From Promethearchaeota archaeon (GTDB taxonomy: Archaea > Asgardarchaeota > Lokiarchaeia > Sigyniarchaeales > SOKP01), in the NCBI GenBank assembly GCA_048937405.1, contig JBHLNF010000001.1, positions 1-64,000 of the forward strand: a stretch of 64,000 nt of DNA, read 5' to 3'. Each line of letters begins with the position of its first letter. The stretch's first letter is position 1. Under the pieces are notes generated by a model. That model was not told the DNA's origin. It worked only from the letters and a program-made list of their open reading frames with translations, and did no database searches. The translations under genes were made by a program, and so were the position numbers. This document shows positions 1-9,898 of this stretch, one piece after another.

Positions 1-31
1 ACACATTAAAAGCAATTTGCTTGGTGCAAGT

Positions 32-73
32 CTTGCACTCAAGAGGTCACGGGTTCAATTCCCGTCAGGTCCA
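32..73 (+). tRNA. 3' part of a tRNA, probably tRNA-Ala(TGC); 5' part outside the window and/or interrupted by an intron
   Basis: Loop CTTGCAC, then TCAAG, variable AGGTC, T-arm ACGGG-TTCAATT-CCCGT, acceptor 3' strand CAGGTCC-A. U70 fits the Ala G3:U70 identity. The bases directly upstream do not complete the anticodon stem. Confidence 0.65.
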
Positions 74-236
74 TCTTCTTGAAGTATCACTTTTTTCTAA
101 TAACTAGAAAAATTTAAAGTGATATCCATTGTGGGTTATAAAAAATAACAGAAAAAAAATAATTAACTAAATTTATATAAAAAGAAATAATTTATCTTTC
201 TCGAATGGTTCCTTAATCAAGGTCAAAAATTTAAAA

Positions 237-1376
237 ATGAAAGAACAATTTGGAAAAAAAATTTGGAGGAGTTCTTTACATCCTGATTATAAATATTCAG
301 GTAAAATTCTGGTCAGTACTGGAATTGTTTTTTTAATCCTTCCTCTTATAATTTTTATATTGATATTAAATTTCACAGTCGATAAATATGTAATTATTAT
401 TTACATTTTACTTCAAATAATATTTTCAATAATAGCAATATTACCTATATTAATAGGAATGCAATTTTTTGCGACATATATAATCATTTATGGAAATGGT
501 ATTATATATCGAAAAGCATATTTTCTTAAATTTTTAAAGAAACATTATGTTCCATTCACTAAAATTCAAGGGATTGAAATTAAAAAGTCCCCGAAATATT
601 ACGGTAGTTGGTTTTTTAAATTCAAATATAGAGTTAGATATGGAAGAAAATCGCGACAATTGACAGGAGGATATAATGATTTATTTATTTTTATTCGAGG
701 TAAAAAACCATACAAAATATCAAGTGCGTGGGTTCATGAAATAGAAAAAGCAAGCGAGTTAATCTCCAGATATATGAGGGGAGAAGATCCGACTTTAAAG
801 TGCTTTTATTGTGGAAGAGAGAAGATACTTACCAGATGTAAATATTGCGGTCAAATTTATTGTAAATATTGTGAAGAAACAGTAAAAATCTTATCAAAGG
901 ATGTAGCATGCATTATCTGCCATTATAAGAAAATGGCAAAGAGAGCGTTTTATAGTTTAATTCTCTCTTTTTTAATTCTCTTTCTGTATAATTATTATGT
1001 TTTAGTATTTAATCGGGAAATTTTCAGTACTCCCCCAGTAGAAATCAATTATCTTGGAACATTGAGAGTATTTTATATATATTCTAATCTCTTATTGTCA
1101 GGCTTCTTAATTCCCTATGGTTTTAGTTTAATTTTATCCAATTTCTTCAGGATGAAAAGGATAAAATCATTAAAAATTAGCAAAAAAAAATATAATCTCT
1201 ATTTCAGTGCTTTAATGGGTGTTATTATTATGGTTTGTAAGAGCATTTTTTACATACTAATACTAAATAGTGAATTACAAGAAGGATTTTTCGTATTCAT
1301 CATCGATATTTCACTAATTTTAATTTTTTGTTGTTTTTTTTTTTATCTACATCATATTCGAGCATTAAAATTTTAA
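237..1376 (+). CDS. Membrane protein with a central Cys-rich zinc finger (CxxC x4)
   Basis: Two N-terminal TM helices, a soluble region, CFYC-CKYC-CKYC-CIICH, then four C-terminal TM helices. Confidence 0.75.
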   Translation: MKEQFGKKIWRSSLHPDYKYSGKILVSTGIVFLILPLIIFILILNFTVDKYVIIIYILLQIIFSIIAILPILIGMQFFATYIIIYGNGIIYRKAYFLKFLKKHYVPFTKIQGIEIKKSPKYYGSWFFKFKYRVRYGRKSRQLTGGYNDLFIFIRGKKPYKISSAWVHEIEKASELISRYMRGEDPTLKCFYCGREKILTRCKYCGQIYCKYCEETVKILSKDVACIICHYKKMAKRAFYSLILSFLILFLYNYYVLVFNREIFSTPPVEINYLGTLRVFYIYSNLLLSGFLIPYGFSLILSNFFRMKRIKSLKISKKKYNLYFSALMGVIIMVCKSIFYILILNSELQEGFFVFIIDISLILIFCCFFFYLHHIRALKF

Positions 1377-1750
1377 CTATAGAAAAATAGAAAAGAAGTA
1401 GGAATTAAATATTTTAAACAAGTATTAAAGATTTTTTTAAAGACATTGTATTTAGGTATTATCTTTATCCCACTTTTTAACCTGATATTTAATATTAAAA
1501 TAAAACTTATCTCTGGTTTGTATATCTCATTTCGAAATTCTTTGATGGAGTAAAAAACAAACTTAATTTAGTTAGAATTTTCTTTTTTATATATATCTAA
1601 TTATTCAATGATAATTGTGATTGATAAATTAAATAAAATAGAACTATTATCAAAGCAGATTTTAAATGAATATAATCTTACATCAACAGAACTATATTTA
1701 TTGTAATAGGATTAAAAAAAAACTCAAAAGATTCTATTAATAGAATTACA

Positions 1751-1782
1751 CTTGCATTCAAGAGGTCACGGGTTCAATTCCC
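1751..1782 (+). repeat. Direct repeat of the tRNA 3' half (att-like)
   Basis: cttgcattcaagaggtcacgggttcaattccc matches 32..63 at 31/32 nt. Confidence 0.85.
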
Positions 1783-1940
1783 ATTAGAGCCAGTATCATT
1801 TAATTGTTTTAGAAATAATTATTCTAAAAGTATAGTTAATAAATTTTTAAAAGACTCTAAATTATAATAGAGGATTATCCATTCCTTAATTTGAAAAATC
1901 AGAAATTTTTTTAATTATTCAACAAATATTCATTATAAGC

Positions 1941-2099
1941 ATGAAGTATTTAGGGAGATTTTTACTGATCATTCTTTATCTATTTCAGGTAGTTGAGTCT
2001 GATGATGTTAAAATGTATCTATTTATTTTAGTTTTTTTTGGAATTATATTGTTAATAATAATTCTTGTCTATATTCTTATAACTTCCAAGCAAGATTAG
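1941..2099 (+). CDS. Small hydrophobic protein (52 aa)
   Basis: Read by hand: MKYLGRFLLIILYLFQVVESDDVKMYLFILVFFGIILLIIILVYILITSKQD; converges on ychF. Confidence 0.4.
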   Translation: MKYLGRFLLIILYLFQVVESDDVKMYLFILVFFGIILLIIILVYILITSKQD

Positions 2100-2102
2100 A
2101 AA

Positions 2103-3320
2103 TTATTTACTTTTTGAAGACATAATTTTTATGATATCTCTATCTTTTAATTCATAATTTTCTCCCAATCTTTTTTTAGTTTTAGCATCTATACCAAACA
2201 TAAAATTATCTGCTAAATCACTATGGATTTTTTCTCTTACGAAATCTCTTAATAAAGTTCCCTTTTCTATTAAAAAAGCATCTGGTAAAATATTACTTTT
2301 ATTATCAGAAAAAGTATTAATATCTGATACAGGATAAACACAAATTTGATTGGCAATAGTAAATGTAGCATAATCTAAAGCTTTTTGAATTCCTGTACCA
2401 CCATAAGGTTTTAAAATCTTATTTCTTACCTTCTCTAATAGATTAATTTCGTTTTCATTCAATTTATTCTCTTCAATAATTTCAAAATTATTTGAGCCAG
2501 GAATGTAATTAATTACCTGATTTTCTTGATATTTTCTTAGAACATGTTCGGCTAATGCACTACAAGGAATAATTTTATCTTTATATTTCCGTTCCAAATC
2601 TTTTAGATTTTTTTCGCTGATTTCTTTATCAATTTTATTTGCTAATATTAAAATAGGTTTCGATATCCTCCTTAAAGATTTGGCAAAATCTAGTATATCT
2701 AACTCTGTCCATTCTGATGGATTCTTACCATCCAAATTTACTTCTTTTAAAGAGAGAATTATTTGCTGTTTAGTAATTTTTACTCCTGAGAGTCTCCCAT
2801 ATAAAGCTTCAACAACTTTTCTCTTTTCGGTAAGTATTATTTTAGTAAATTTTGACCAGTCTTCCCTCTCAAGAATTTCTTTAAACCATAAATTTATTTC
2901 TTCTTCTAAGAATAAAATATCTTCATATGGATCATTTTCTCCTATAGATATTAATTTTCCTGATTTATCAAGAGAACCAGTAATATCTACAATATGTAAA
3001 AGGATATCTGCTTTAATTAAGTCGTTTAAAAATTTGTTTCCTAATCCTTTTCCCTTATGTGCATCTGGAACTAATCCCGCTACATCAATCAAATTAATTG
3101 GAATAAATCGTGTACCATTAATGCATAGAGAATTCTTTGGATTATCTATGACATTTAACTCTTTGCAAACACATTTACTTCTTACATATGCGACGCCAAT
3201 ATTAGGTTCGATCGTAGTAAATGGTATTTCACTTACCTTCGCATGCGTTAAGCATGCAGCATTTAGAAATGTAGTTTTTCCACTACTAGGTTTTCCAATA
3301 ATTCCTATTGTTAAAGTCAT
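2103..3320 (-). CDS. ychF: YchF/OLA1-related Obg-family translation-associated NTPase with TGS domain
   Basis: GKPSSGKTT, PFTTIEPN, DVAGLVPDAHKGKGLGNKFL, NKID, C-terminal TGS (IHSDL...YELKDRDII). Confidence 0.92.
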   Translation of the reverse strand: MTLTIGIIGKPSSGKTTFLNAACLTHAKVSEIPFTTIEPNIGVAYVRSKCVCKELNVIDNPKNSLCINGTRFIPINLIDVAGLVPDAHKGKGLGNKFLNDLIKADILLHIVDITGSLDKSGKLISIGENDPYEDILFLEEEINLWFKEILEREDWSKFTKIILTEKRKVVEALYGRLSGVKITKQQIILSLKEVNLDGKNPSEWTELDILDFAKSLRRISKPILILANKIDKEISEKNLKDLERKYKDKIIPCSALAEHVLRKYQENQVINYIPGSNNFEIIEENKLNENEINLLEKVRNKILKPYGGTGIQKALDYATFTIANQICVYPVSDINTFSDNKSNILPDAFLIEKGTLLRDFVREKIHSDLADNFMFGIDAKTKKRLGENYELKDRDIIKIMSSKSK

Positions 3321-3517
3321 ATGTATAATTGAATTTTAATATCTTAAAATTATTACTCTTTCTTCCCTAATCTATAGAGATGATTAGTATAAGAATCTAT
3401 TACTACTTTTTGATAAATATCTCTTAAGATCTAGAATTTATATGAAATAAAACACTTTTTTTAATGGAAAAGTTATTAGTTTTTATTTTTTTTTCCAAAT
3501 ATGTTTTTATTGTGATA

Positions 3518-4090
3518 ACTCAAGAAATCCCCTCCCTATAGGGATGGGATGAATTGAGGATGAGAAAAAAAACCATTAAACGATTAAACACTCCTCTTTT
3601 TAAACTAATTATTCTCTAGTATAGTAAAATTAAACTGAGTTGAAAAAAAAGAAATTGGTGATGTTAAAAAGAATAAAACACACAAAACTAGCAACTATTT
3701 GATTCAAAACACAGGCTATATGTCAAGGTTTGTCGAATTCTTAACCTATAAAGTGAAAAAATAGGTAAAAGAATAATAAGAATTGATAAGCCTAAGAATA
3801 AGAAAGCCTGTTGTAAAAACAGAAAGTTGAAAGAAAGGTTAATCTTTTAAAGAAGTATTACATGCGATTGTGGAAATCATGTTGACAGAATCTTCAACTC
3901 GGTACTTAATATCATGACTTGCTTTCTAGTCTTCAAGCATAACTATGAGGTCCTATCGCATAAACCCTCTGTGAACGAGGAATCATTCCTAACATGATGG
4001 AATGGTTTTCTACGACATACAGACCAACCCGTACTAGAAGCGGTTGTGTACTCGTAGGAAACCACAGCCGTTAGGCTGTGTGTAGTTCAC
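3518..4090 (+). mobile_element. Degenerate non-autonomous IS200/IS605-family (tnpB) element
   Basis: Left-end hairpin ctcaagaaatcccctccctatagggatgggatgaattgag; right-end hairpin gaaaccacagccgttaggctgtgtgtagttcac ending TCAC; tnpB remnant between them. Confidence 0.8.
3702..3916 (+). pseudogene. tnpB: Frameshifted C-terminal fragment of TnpB
   Basis: Fragments IQNTGYMSRFVEFLTYKVKK / IGKRIIRIDK / KACCK / RSITCDCGNHVDRIFNSVLNI match the TnpB zinc-ribbon and RuvC-III (DRDxNAAxNI) region. Confidence 0.8.
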
Positions 4091-4838
4091 GTTAACATAC
4101 TATTTATCTATTAGCTTTAACCTTATGCTTTTCTTCTCAGTTTTATTCTATTTTTTATTAAAAGTCCATCAAAATAATATAAATAAACAAAGGCACTTAA
4201 AAGAACTTATAAAATTCAAAAAACTTTATTTTAATATTATTTATATTTAGTTTGGTATCTGAAATTCAAGGGATTTTCCATTTTAATTTTGAAAATATAA
4301 TTAATAGGCAAAAAGGAGGATCTTTAGATGACCTTAATATGGAAAAGTTAGATAACTGTCAATTCTGTGGATCTATTATAAATAGTATATATAATGATAA
4401 AACATGTGGTTTTTTTGTAAGGTCTATTTTGATAATGAAAAGAAGCAGGTTCAATTAAAAAAGATCTATAGTGAATTTAAAGATATTATTGACTATAATA
4501 ATAAATTTATTCGTTTTAATGACGAGGAAAATAAAAAATTTGATAGTATAAGTAGAAAATAAAAATTTATTTAAATGTAGTAAGGAAATTGTTGAAATTG
4601 TATATTCTATAAACTTTATTCTTAATATAAACGTTAAAATGTTTGAATAAAATCTCTGAAAAACATGAAAACACAAAAAACTTGATAATTACTAATGAGT
4701 ATATCAATTTGTTATCTTTGATAATCTTTTCAACAATAGAAAGCTTAATGCACTATTTTTCGTAAACTTTTTTAATTTTATGACTTAGAGATCTATATAA
4801 AGAAAATTTTTAAAATAATTATAAAAAAGTGAATAAAG

Positions 4839-6443
4839 ATGGCACAATTATCAGGTGTCCCAATCCTTATATTAAAAGAAGGAACTGAAAGAAAACGAGG
4901 GAAAGACGCTCAAAAGAATAATATAGCAGCCGCAAAAGCAGTTGCGGAATCTGTAAGAACAACCTTAGGTCCTAAAGGTATGGATAAAATGGTCATTGAT
5001 TCGTTAGGAGACGTTAAGATAACAAATGATGGAGCTACCATTTTAGATGAGATGGATATTGAACATCCTGCAGCTAAAATGATAGTGGAGGTTGCTAAAA
5101 CTCAAGACGATAAAGTAGGAGATGGAACTACTACAAGTGTAATTATCTCTGGTGAATTATTAAATCTTGCAGAAGAGTTAATGGAACAGGGAGTACACCC
5201 CACAATAATCTTTAGGGGGTATAGAAAAGCCTTACTAAAGAGTAAAGAAATATTACAAGAGTTAGCAAAAAAAATCGATGTTAATGACACAAAAACTTTG
5301 ATGCAAGTTGCTGAAACATCAATGAATAGTAAATTAATAGGTGGAGTAAAAAATCATTTTGCTGATATTGCGGTTAAAGCAGTGACTCAAATTAAAGAAG
5401 AACGTGGTACTAGTATAATGGTTGATTTGGATCAAATTCAAATAATTAAGAAAGAAGGAAAAAGCCTCTTAGATACAGCTTTAATTGATGGAATTATTGT
5501 TGATAAAGAAGTAGTTCATCCAATGATGCCAAAATTAGTTAAAGATGCCAAAATAGCTTTAATCAGTTCATCGTTAGAAGTAGAAAAAACAGAATTTGAT
5601 GCTGAAATAAGAGTTCAAACACCAGATCAAATAAATAAATTTCTTGAAGAAGAAGCAAATATGTTGAAAAATCGAGTAGCTAAATTAAAAGAAATAGGAG
5701 CTAATGTTGTTTTTTGTCAAAAAGGTGTTGATGACAAGGCACAAAACTTTCTTGCAAAAGAAGATGTAATAACTGTACGTAGAGTCAAAAGATCTGATAT
5801 GGAGAAGTTAGCTAGAGCAACTAATGCTAAAATAGTAAATAATATTTTTGAAATTAATGAGAACGATTTAGGTAAAGCAGGTAAAGTTGAAGAAAAGAAA
5901 ATTGGAGATGACAATATGATTTTTGTCTCTGAATGTGCAGAGCCGAAAGCAGTGAGTATACTAATAAGAGCAGGAATTGAACATGTGGTGGATGAGGCAG
6001 AAAGAATGTTAAACGACGCTTTATCTGTAGTTAAAGCTGCTATTGAATTACCTTTTATTTTACCCGGAGGTGGTGCTTCTGAAATTGAACTTGCAAAAAG
6101 ACTCAGAGCATATGCTAGATCAATTGGAGGACGAGAACAATTAGCAATTGAAGTGTATGCAAATGCCCTTGAAATAATTCCTAAAACTTTAGTTGAAAAT
6201 GCGGGCTACAATCCTGTAGATTTAATTGTCGAATTAAGATCTAAACATGAAACAGAGATAGGAAATTCTTATGGCATAAACATTGACACAGGAAAACCAG
6301 ATGATATGATAAAAATGGGGGTTCTTGAACCTTTATCTGTCTTAACTCAAGCTGTTCAATCTGCTACAGAAGTTTCATCTATGATACTTAAGATTGATGA
6401 TGTTATAGCTGCTTCTGGTTTGTCAAAAGGTTCAGAAGAATAA
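4839..6443 (+). CDS. ths: Thermosome (group II chaperonin) subunit
   Basis: [42 protein letters not shown]. Confidence 0.97.
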   Translation: MAQLSGVPILILKEGTERKRGKDAQKNNIAAAKAVAESVRTTLGPKGMDKMVIDSLGDVKITNDGATILDEMDIEHPAAKMIVEVAKTQDDKVGDGTTTSVIISGELLNLAEELMEQGVHPTIIFRGYRKALLKSKEILQELAKKIDVNDTKTLMQVAETSMNSKLIGGVKNHFADIAVKAVTQIKEERGTSIMVDLDQIQIIKKEGKSLLDTALIDGIIVDKEVVHPMMPKLVKDAKIALISSSLEVEKTEFDAEIRVQTPDQINKFLEEEANMLKNRVAKLKEIGANVVFCQKGVDDKAQNFLAKEDVITVRRVKRSDMEKLARATNAKIVNNIFEINENDLGKAGKVEEKKIGDDNMIFVSECAEPKAVSILIRAGIEHVVDEAERMLNDALSVVKAAIELPFILPGGGASEIELAKRLRAYARSIGGREQLAIEVYANALEIIPKTLVENAGYNPVDLIVELRSKHETEIGNSYGINIDTGKPDDMIKMGVLEPLSVLTQAVQSATEVSSMILKIDDVIAASGLSKGSEE

Positions 6444-6455
6444 TTTAATTCTTGA

Positions 6456-6480
6456 CTTTTTCTTTTTATTTTTTTTTTTT
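6456..6480 (+). terminator. T-rich archaeal terminator after the thermosome gene
   Basis: ctttttctttttattttttttttt immediately after the stop codon. Confidence 0.55.
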
Positions 6481-6940
6481 AAAGGTTATTTAATTCTTTA
6501 AACTGGATTCCCCAAGAAAATTTAGAAAGAATTAAATTTGCATTATCGAAAAATTCAGTAATAAATAAAGCTGCAGCTAAGGCTTCTGCTGAGCTTAATT
6601 TTTCCCATTTACCATAGTTTGTTGGATTTGCAGCAATCAGAGGAGGTAATTTACGAGAAGTCTGAAAGTTCAATTTTTTTAAATTTAGAATATTATTCCA
6701 AGAACAATCAATTACTACTAATCCAAATCTTTGAATAGTTATTCTATCAACATAAGAAATCTCTACTGAGGCAAAAGGATTTAAAATGATTGCATTTTTT
6801 AATGAACCTTGAATTCTTTTAATTATTTTTAGGAGATTTAGTCTTTTCAATTTAGTAGCTGTACATTTCTTGGGATCACACTCTCCGTAGTTAAGACAAA
6901 ACAGACTAGGGTTATTCTCCGTTGAATTGGAATTTACCAT
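6479..6940 (-). CDS. tsr3: SSU rRNA aminocarboxypropyltransferase Tsr3 (DUF367)
   Basis: ECDPKKCTATKL, VIDCSW, RKLPPLIAANPTNYGK, LSSAEALAAAL, FSWG. Confidence 0.93.
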   Translation of the reverse strand: MVNSNSTENNPSLFCLNYGECDPKKCTATKLKRLNLLKIIKRIQGSLKNAIILNPFASVEISYVDRITIQRFGLVVIDCSWNNILNLKKLNFQTSRKLPPLIAANPTNYGKWEKLSSAEALAAALFITEFFDNANLILSKFSWGIQFKELNNL

Positions 6941-6989
6941 TTTTTAAGTTTTGAAATACTAATATAGATTATAGATAAAAAAAAATCAA

Positions 6990-7988
6990 CTAATCATATT
7001 TATAACTTGTAAGTACATTAACAGACTTGATAAAACTCTCAGTAATCTGTTCCTTTCCTAATATTTGTAATATTGAATTGATAATATTTCTTGCTTCACA
7101 CATAACAGGAATTCCTCCATAAGTTAATCCAAATAAACCAATAAAAGATATATTTTCAATGTTAGATGTCTCTTCTATCGCGGAGTATTTAATTATTCCT
7201 GAAGGACAAGCAATAAGACCATAAAAATTTTCAGAATTTTGACCTGAGAGAGCAATATAACTCAACAAATTTCCAATTGAACTCCCCACTGATTCCTCTT
7301 TCATTTTTTGAAATGCAACATTAGCACTTGCAGAAAATGCTTCAATAGATATTGGTAAATTTTGCCCACTTACCTCTCTAGCATCAAGTGTTAAACCCGA
7401 AGGGCTAACTAGACCATATCTTATAAAAATCGGATTTTGAATTGAATCTAAGACTTTACTTATTGAAGGTAATAAATTTGTTGACTTGATTATTTCCGGT
7501 TTATATGATGCAAATGGAACTTCTGACCCCATTCCAAAAAGATAAATTGCACTACGTACCTTATCGCAAAAAATCTCAACATCTCTTTCGGATTCATCTC
7601 CGCTACCAAAAAAATCCCCCAATTTCTGTTTCAAATAATACATAGCTGTTGCCAAATTATCGGCATCTAAGGGCCATTCTTTATGGTAATTATGCACTAT
7701 AGTCAATAATGTCTCATTAATTCTGATTGTAACTAAACAAACTTTATCAAAAAATATGAATGATATAACTTGATCTTTAATATTCAAATCTTCCCAATTT
7801 TCCTCACTTGCAGAAAAAGCTGCTGCTGCCAAACTTGTAATCTGGTTTGGATTTAGTTCAATTTCACTTTTTCTGCCAATTTTTGCTATTGAAAGACCAT
7901 TCTGATCACATAATACAACTAAAACAGTACCTTCTGACGCTCTCAGAATTGATGTTAAATGTTTTATTAATGATTCTCTTACACTCAT
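6990..7988 (-). CDS. Tandem roadblock/LC7-domain protein
   Basis: Two roadblock-like starts (VLCDQNGLSIA...SLAAAAF; GLVSPSGLTL...FSASA). Confidence 0.7.
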   Translation of the reverse strand: MSVRESLIKHLTSILRASEGTVLVVLCDQNGLSIAKIGRKSEIELNPNQITSLAAAAFSASEENWEDLNIKDQVISFIFFDKVCLVTIRINETLLTIVHNYHKEWPLDADNLATAMYYLKQKLGDFFGSGDESERDVEIFCDKVRSAIYLFGMGSEVPFASYKPEIIKSTNLLPSISKVLDSIQNPIFIRYGLVSPSGLTLDAREVSGQNLPISIEAFSASANVAFQKMKEESVGSSIGNLLSYIALSGQNSENFYGLIACPSGIIKYSAIEETSNIENISFIGLFGLTYGGIPVMCEARNIINSILQILGKEQITESFIKSVNVLTSYKYD

Positions 7989-8166
7989 TAGATTTACATA
8001 GATTTTTTATTTTTAGTCTTTTTAATATTATTTTTGTATTATATATGTAATAATTAAATTTTACTTTTTTAATTCAATCGTATTTAAATTTGAATGCTAT
8101 CAAAAAAAATTTTTTTATTGTTATGTATTTTTATTAAATAATAAGGAATTATAGTACTTATTTTTA

Positions 8167-8283
8167 GCGGGAATTGCCAAGTCTGGTCAAAGGTTATAAT
8201 GACTTGTTCGAAAGCCGACTTTAGGCGGTGGACTTAGAATCCATTCTCGTAGGAGTTCGGGAGTTCAAATCTCCCTTCCCGCA
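8167..8283 (+). tRNA. tRNA-Leu(TAG) with a 32-nt D-loop intron (8191..8222)
   Basis: GCGGGAA/TTCCCGC-A acceptor, GTGGA-CTTAGAA-TCCAT anticodon arm, long variable arm; BHB ggtc-aaa...gact-tta; spliced length 85 nt. Confidence 0.92.
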
Positions 8284-8384
8284 TTTTTATTTTGTTAATC
8301 TTTTTATACTTCTTCATCTTCATATAAGAAAAGAAAAATTTTAATGGTCTCAAAGTTTTATTATAGTTAAAACTATAATATCGT

Positions 8385-8520
8385 GCTTCTGTAGTGTAGC
8401 TCGGCCAATCTTTCACCTACGTAAAAGAAGGGGTCTAGCATAGCGGGCCTTCACCCCGCCGACTTTCTCATGTCAATAACGACATGAAACGGCAACCGGG
8501 TTCAAATCCCGGCAGAAGCA
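8385..8520 (+). tRNA. tRNA-Glu(TTC) with two non-canonical introns (8409..8437 and 8464..8495)
   Basis: GCTTCTG/CAGAAGC-A acceptor; GCGGG-CCTTCAC-CCCGC arm; CCGGG-TTCAAAT-CCCGG T-arm; two BHB motifs; spliced length 75 nt. Confidence 0.88.
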
Positions 8521-8581
8521 CTATTTTAATATAATAAGGTCATGTTTGGGAAATTTTAATCTTGTCAAATCTTGTCTAAAA

Positions 8582-8785
8582 TCATGGTATGATTTTAATT
8601 TTTGTTTTGTAGTTAGATGGAACGTTATATGGTTCAATTTTGTTTTTTGATTTCACGTTGGGATTGAATGTTGGCATATCGCTTGGTTTTTTAGGATTTT
8701 TTTCAGGATTCTTTTTTAAAGTATCAACGCAGGATTTGGCGGCTGTACTTGGATGATCTTTTGGGCTTTTAGAGGGAAAACTCAT
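8582..8785 (-). CDS. Small Lys/Pro-rich hypothetical protein
   Basis: ATG-started 67-aa ORF, less AT-rich than its flanks; no motif recognised. Confidence 0.45.
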   Translation of the reverse strand: MSFPSKSPKDHPSTAAKSCVDTLKKNPEKNPKKPSDMPTFNPNVKSKNKIEPYNVPSNYKTKIKIIP

Positions 8786-8862
8786 TTTTATAATATTTTT
8801 AGGATTTATATGAATTATAAATATTCTCTACTTTTTTAAAGAAAAATGAGTGAGGGGTAGTA

Positions 8863-9054
8863 TTGGAACATTTCAATCCTATTGAAATGGAAAGAAGACC
8901 GTTTATGGAGCAATATATTAAGATTGTTCCAGGAGATAAGAATAAAGAAACATTATATTATCTTAAATCAGAAGGGGAAAAACTAGTTAATCTAATGTAT
9001 TATTTTAGAGATTATTATAAAAAATACAATAACGAATCTCTAAATAATTATTAA
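8863..9054 (+). CDS. Small hypothetical protein, possible winged-helix fragment
   Basis: YYLKSEGEKL resembles the wHTH wing end (YxLTxxG); purine-rich RBS-like sequence upstream. Confidence 0.35.
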   Translation: MEHFNPIEMERRPFMEQYIKIVPGDKNKETLYYLKSEGEKLVNLMYYFRDYYKKYNNESLNNY

Positions 9055-9076
9055 TTATATAGATCTCTAAAAATGG

Positions 9077-9874
9077 TTAAAGTTTATTCACAGAGATTGT
9101 AAGACCCCCGTCAATTATAATATTCTGTCCAGTAATATAATCTGATGCTGGTGAAGCTAAAAACAATGCTACATCTGCAACCTGTTTTGATTCCCCAATC
9201 TGGTTGATAGGTAGTTTTACATTCCGTAATTTGATCCATTCTCTTATAAAATCCGGATCATTATTATATATCGGCGTAAGGAAGATTCCTGGGCAAATAG
9301 CATTTACAGTTATATTGCTAGGTCCTAATTCAAGAGCCCAAAGTTTTGTAAACGCAATAAGTGCGGCTTTACTTACACTATACATTCCTATGAAAGGATT
9401 TAAACCACATTCTGTGCCTGCACATGAGGTTATATTAATAATTTTTCCTGCTATTGGTTCGAATTTCTGTTTACTCATTTTTCTATAAAAGGTTTTTGTT
9501 ACGTTCCATGCTCCTTTTACATTTACATCCATAACCCTTTGGTAATCTTTAGTTTTAGTTTTTAGGCTTGAGGAGCCTCCTCTAATTCCAGCATTATTTA
9601 CTAATACAAATATATTCTCAAATTTTTGAAAAACATTTTTACTCATCTGATTTACTTGTTCCTCATCAGAAATATCTGCTTGTTCAAGTAATACCTCACT
9701 TTTATTCGACTTTAGAATAATATCGCGAGTTTCTTCAATACTTTCAAGGTTTATATCATTCAGTACTAAATTTGCACCTTTACTTGCATAAGCTATTGCC
9801 ATTTCGCGACCAAATCCACTTCCTGCTCCTGTTATAAGAGCAACTTTTCCTTCTAGAAATTTATCTTCAGACAT
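9077..9874 (-). CDS. SDR-family NAD(P)-dependent oxidoreductase (FabG-like)
   Basis: TGAGSGFG, NNAG, YSVSK, NAICPG, ITGQNIIIDGG. Confidence 0.95.
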   Translation of the reverse strand: MSEDKFLEGKVALITGAGSGFGREMAIAYASKGANLVLNDINLESIEETRDIILKSNKSEVLLEQADISDEEQVNQMSKNVFQKFENIFVLVNNAGIRGGSSSLKTKTKDYQRVMDVNVKGAWNVTKTFYRKMSKQKFEPIAGKIINITSCAGTECGLNPFIGMYSVSKAALIAFTKLWALELGPSNITVNAICPGIFLTPIYNNDPDFIREWIKLRNVKLPINQIGESKQVADVALFLASPASDYITGQNIIIDGGLTISVNKL

Positions 9875-9898
9875 ATTAATTACATTCTTAATTATACT

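Noticed and set aside
4252-4676. Short ORFs 4252..4458 and 4455..4676
   Set aside because: AT-rich, no convincing motifs apart from one CxxC; probably spurious or decayed
8234-8416. 60-aa ORF on the minus strand
   Set aside because: Antisense to two tRNA genes
8445-8460. Reading the tRNA anticodon as TCA (Sec/suppressor)
   Set aside because: That register breaks the anticodon stem; the body is a typical short-variable-arm Glu tRNA
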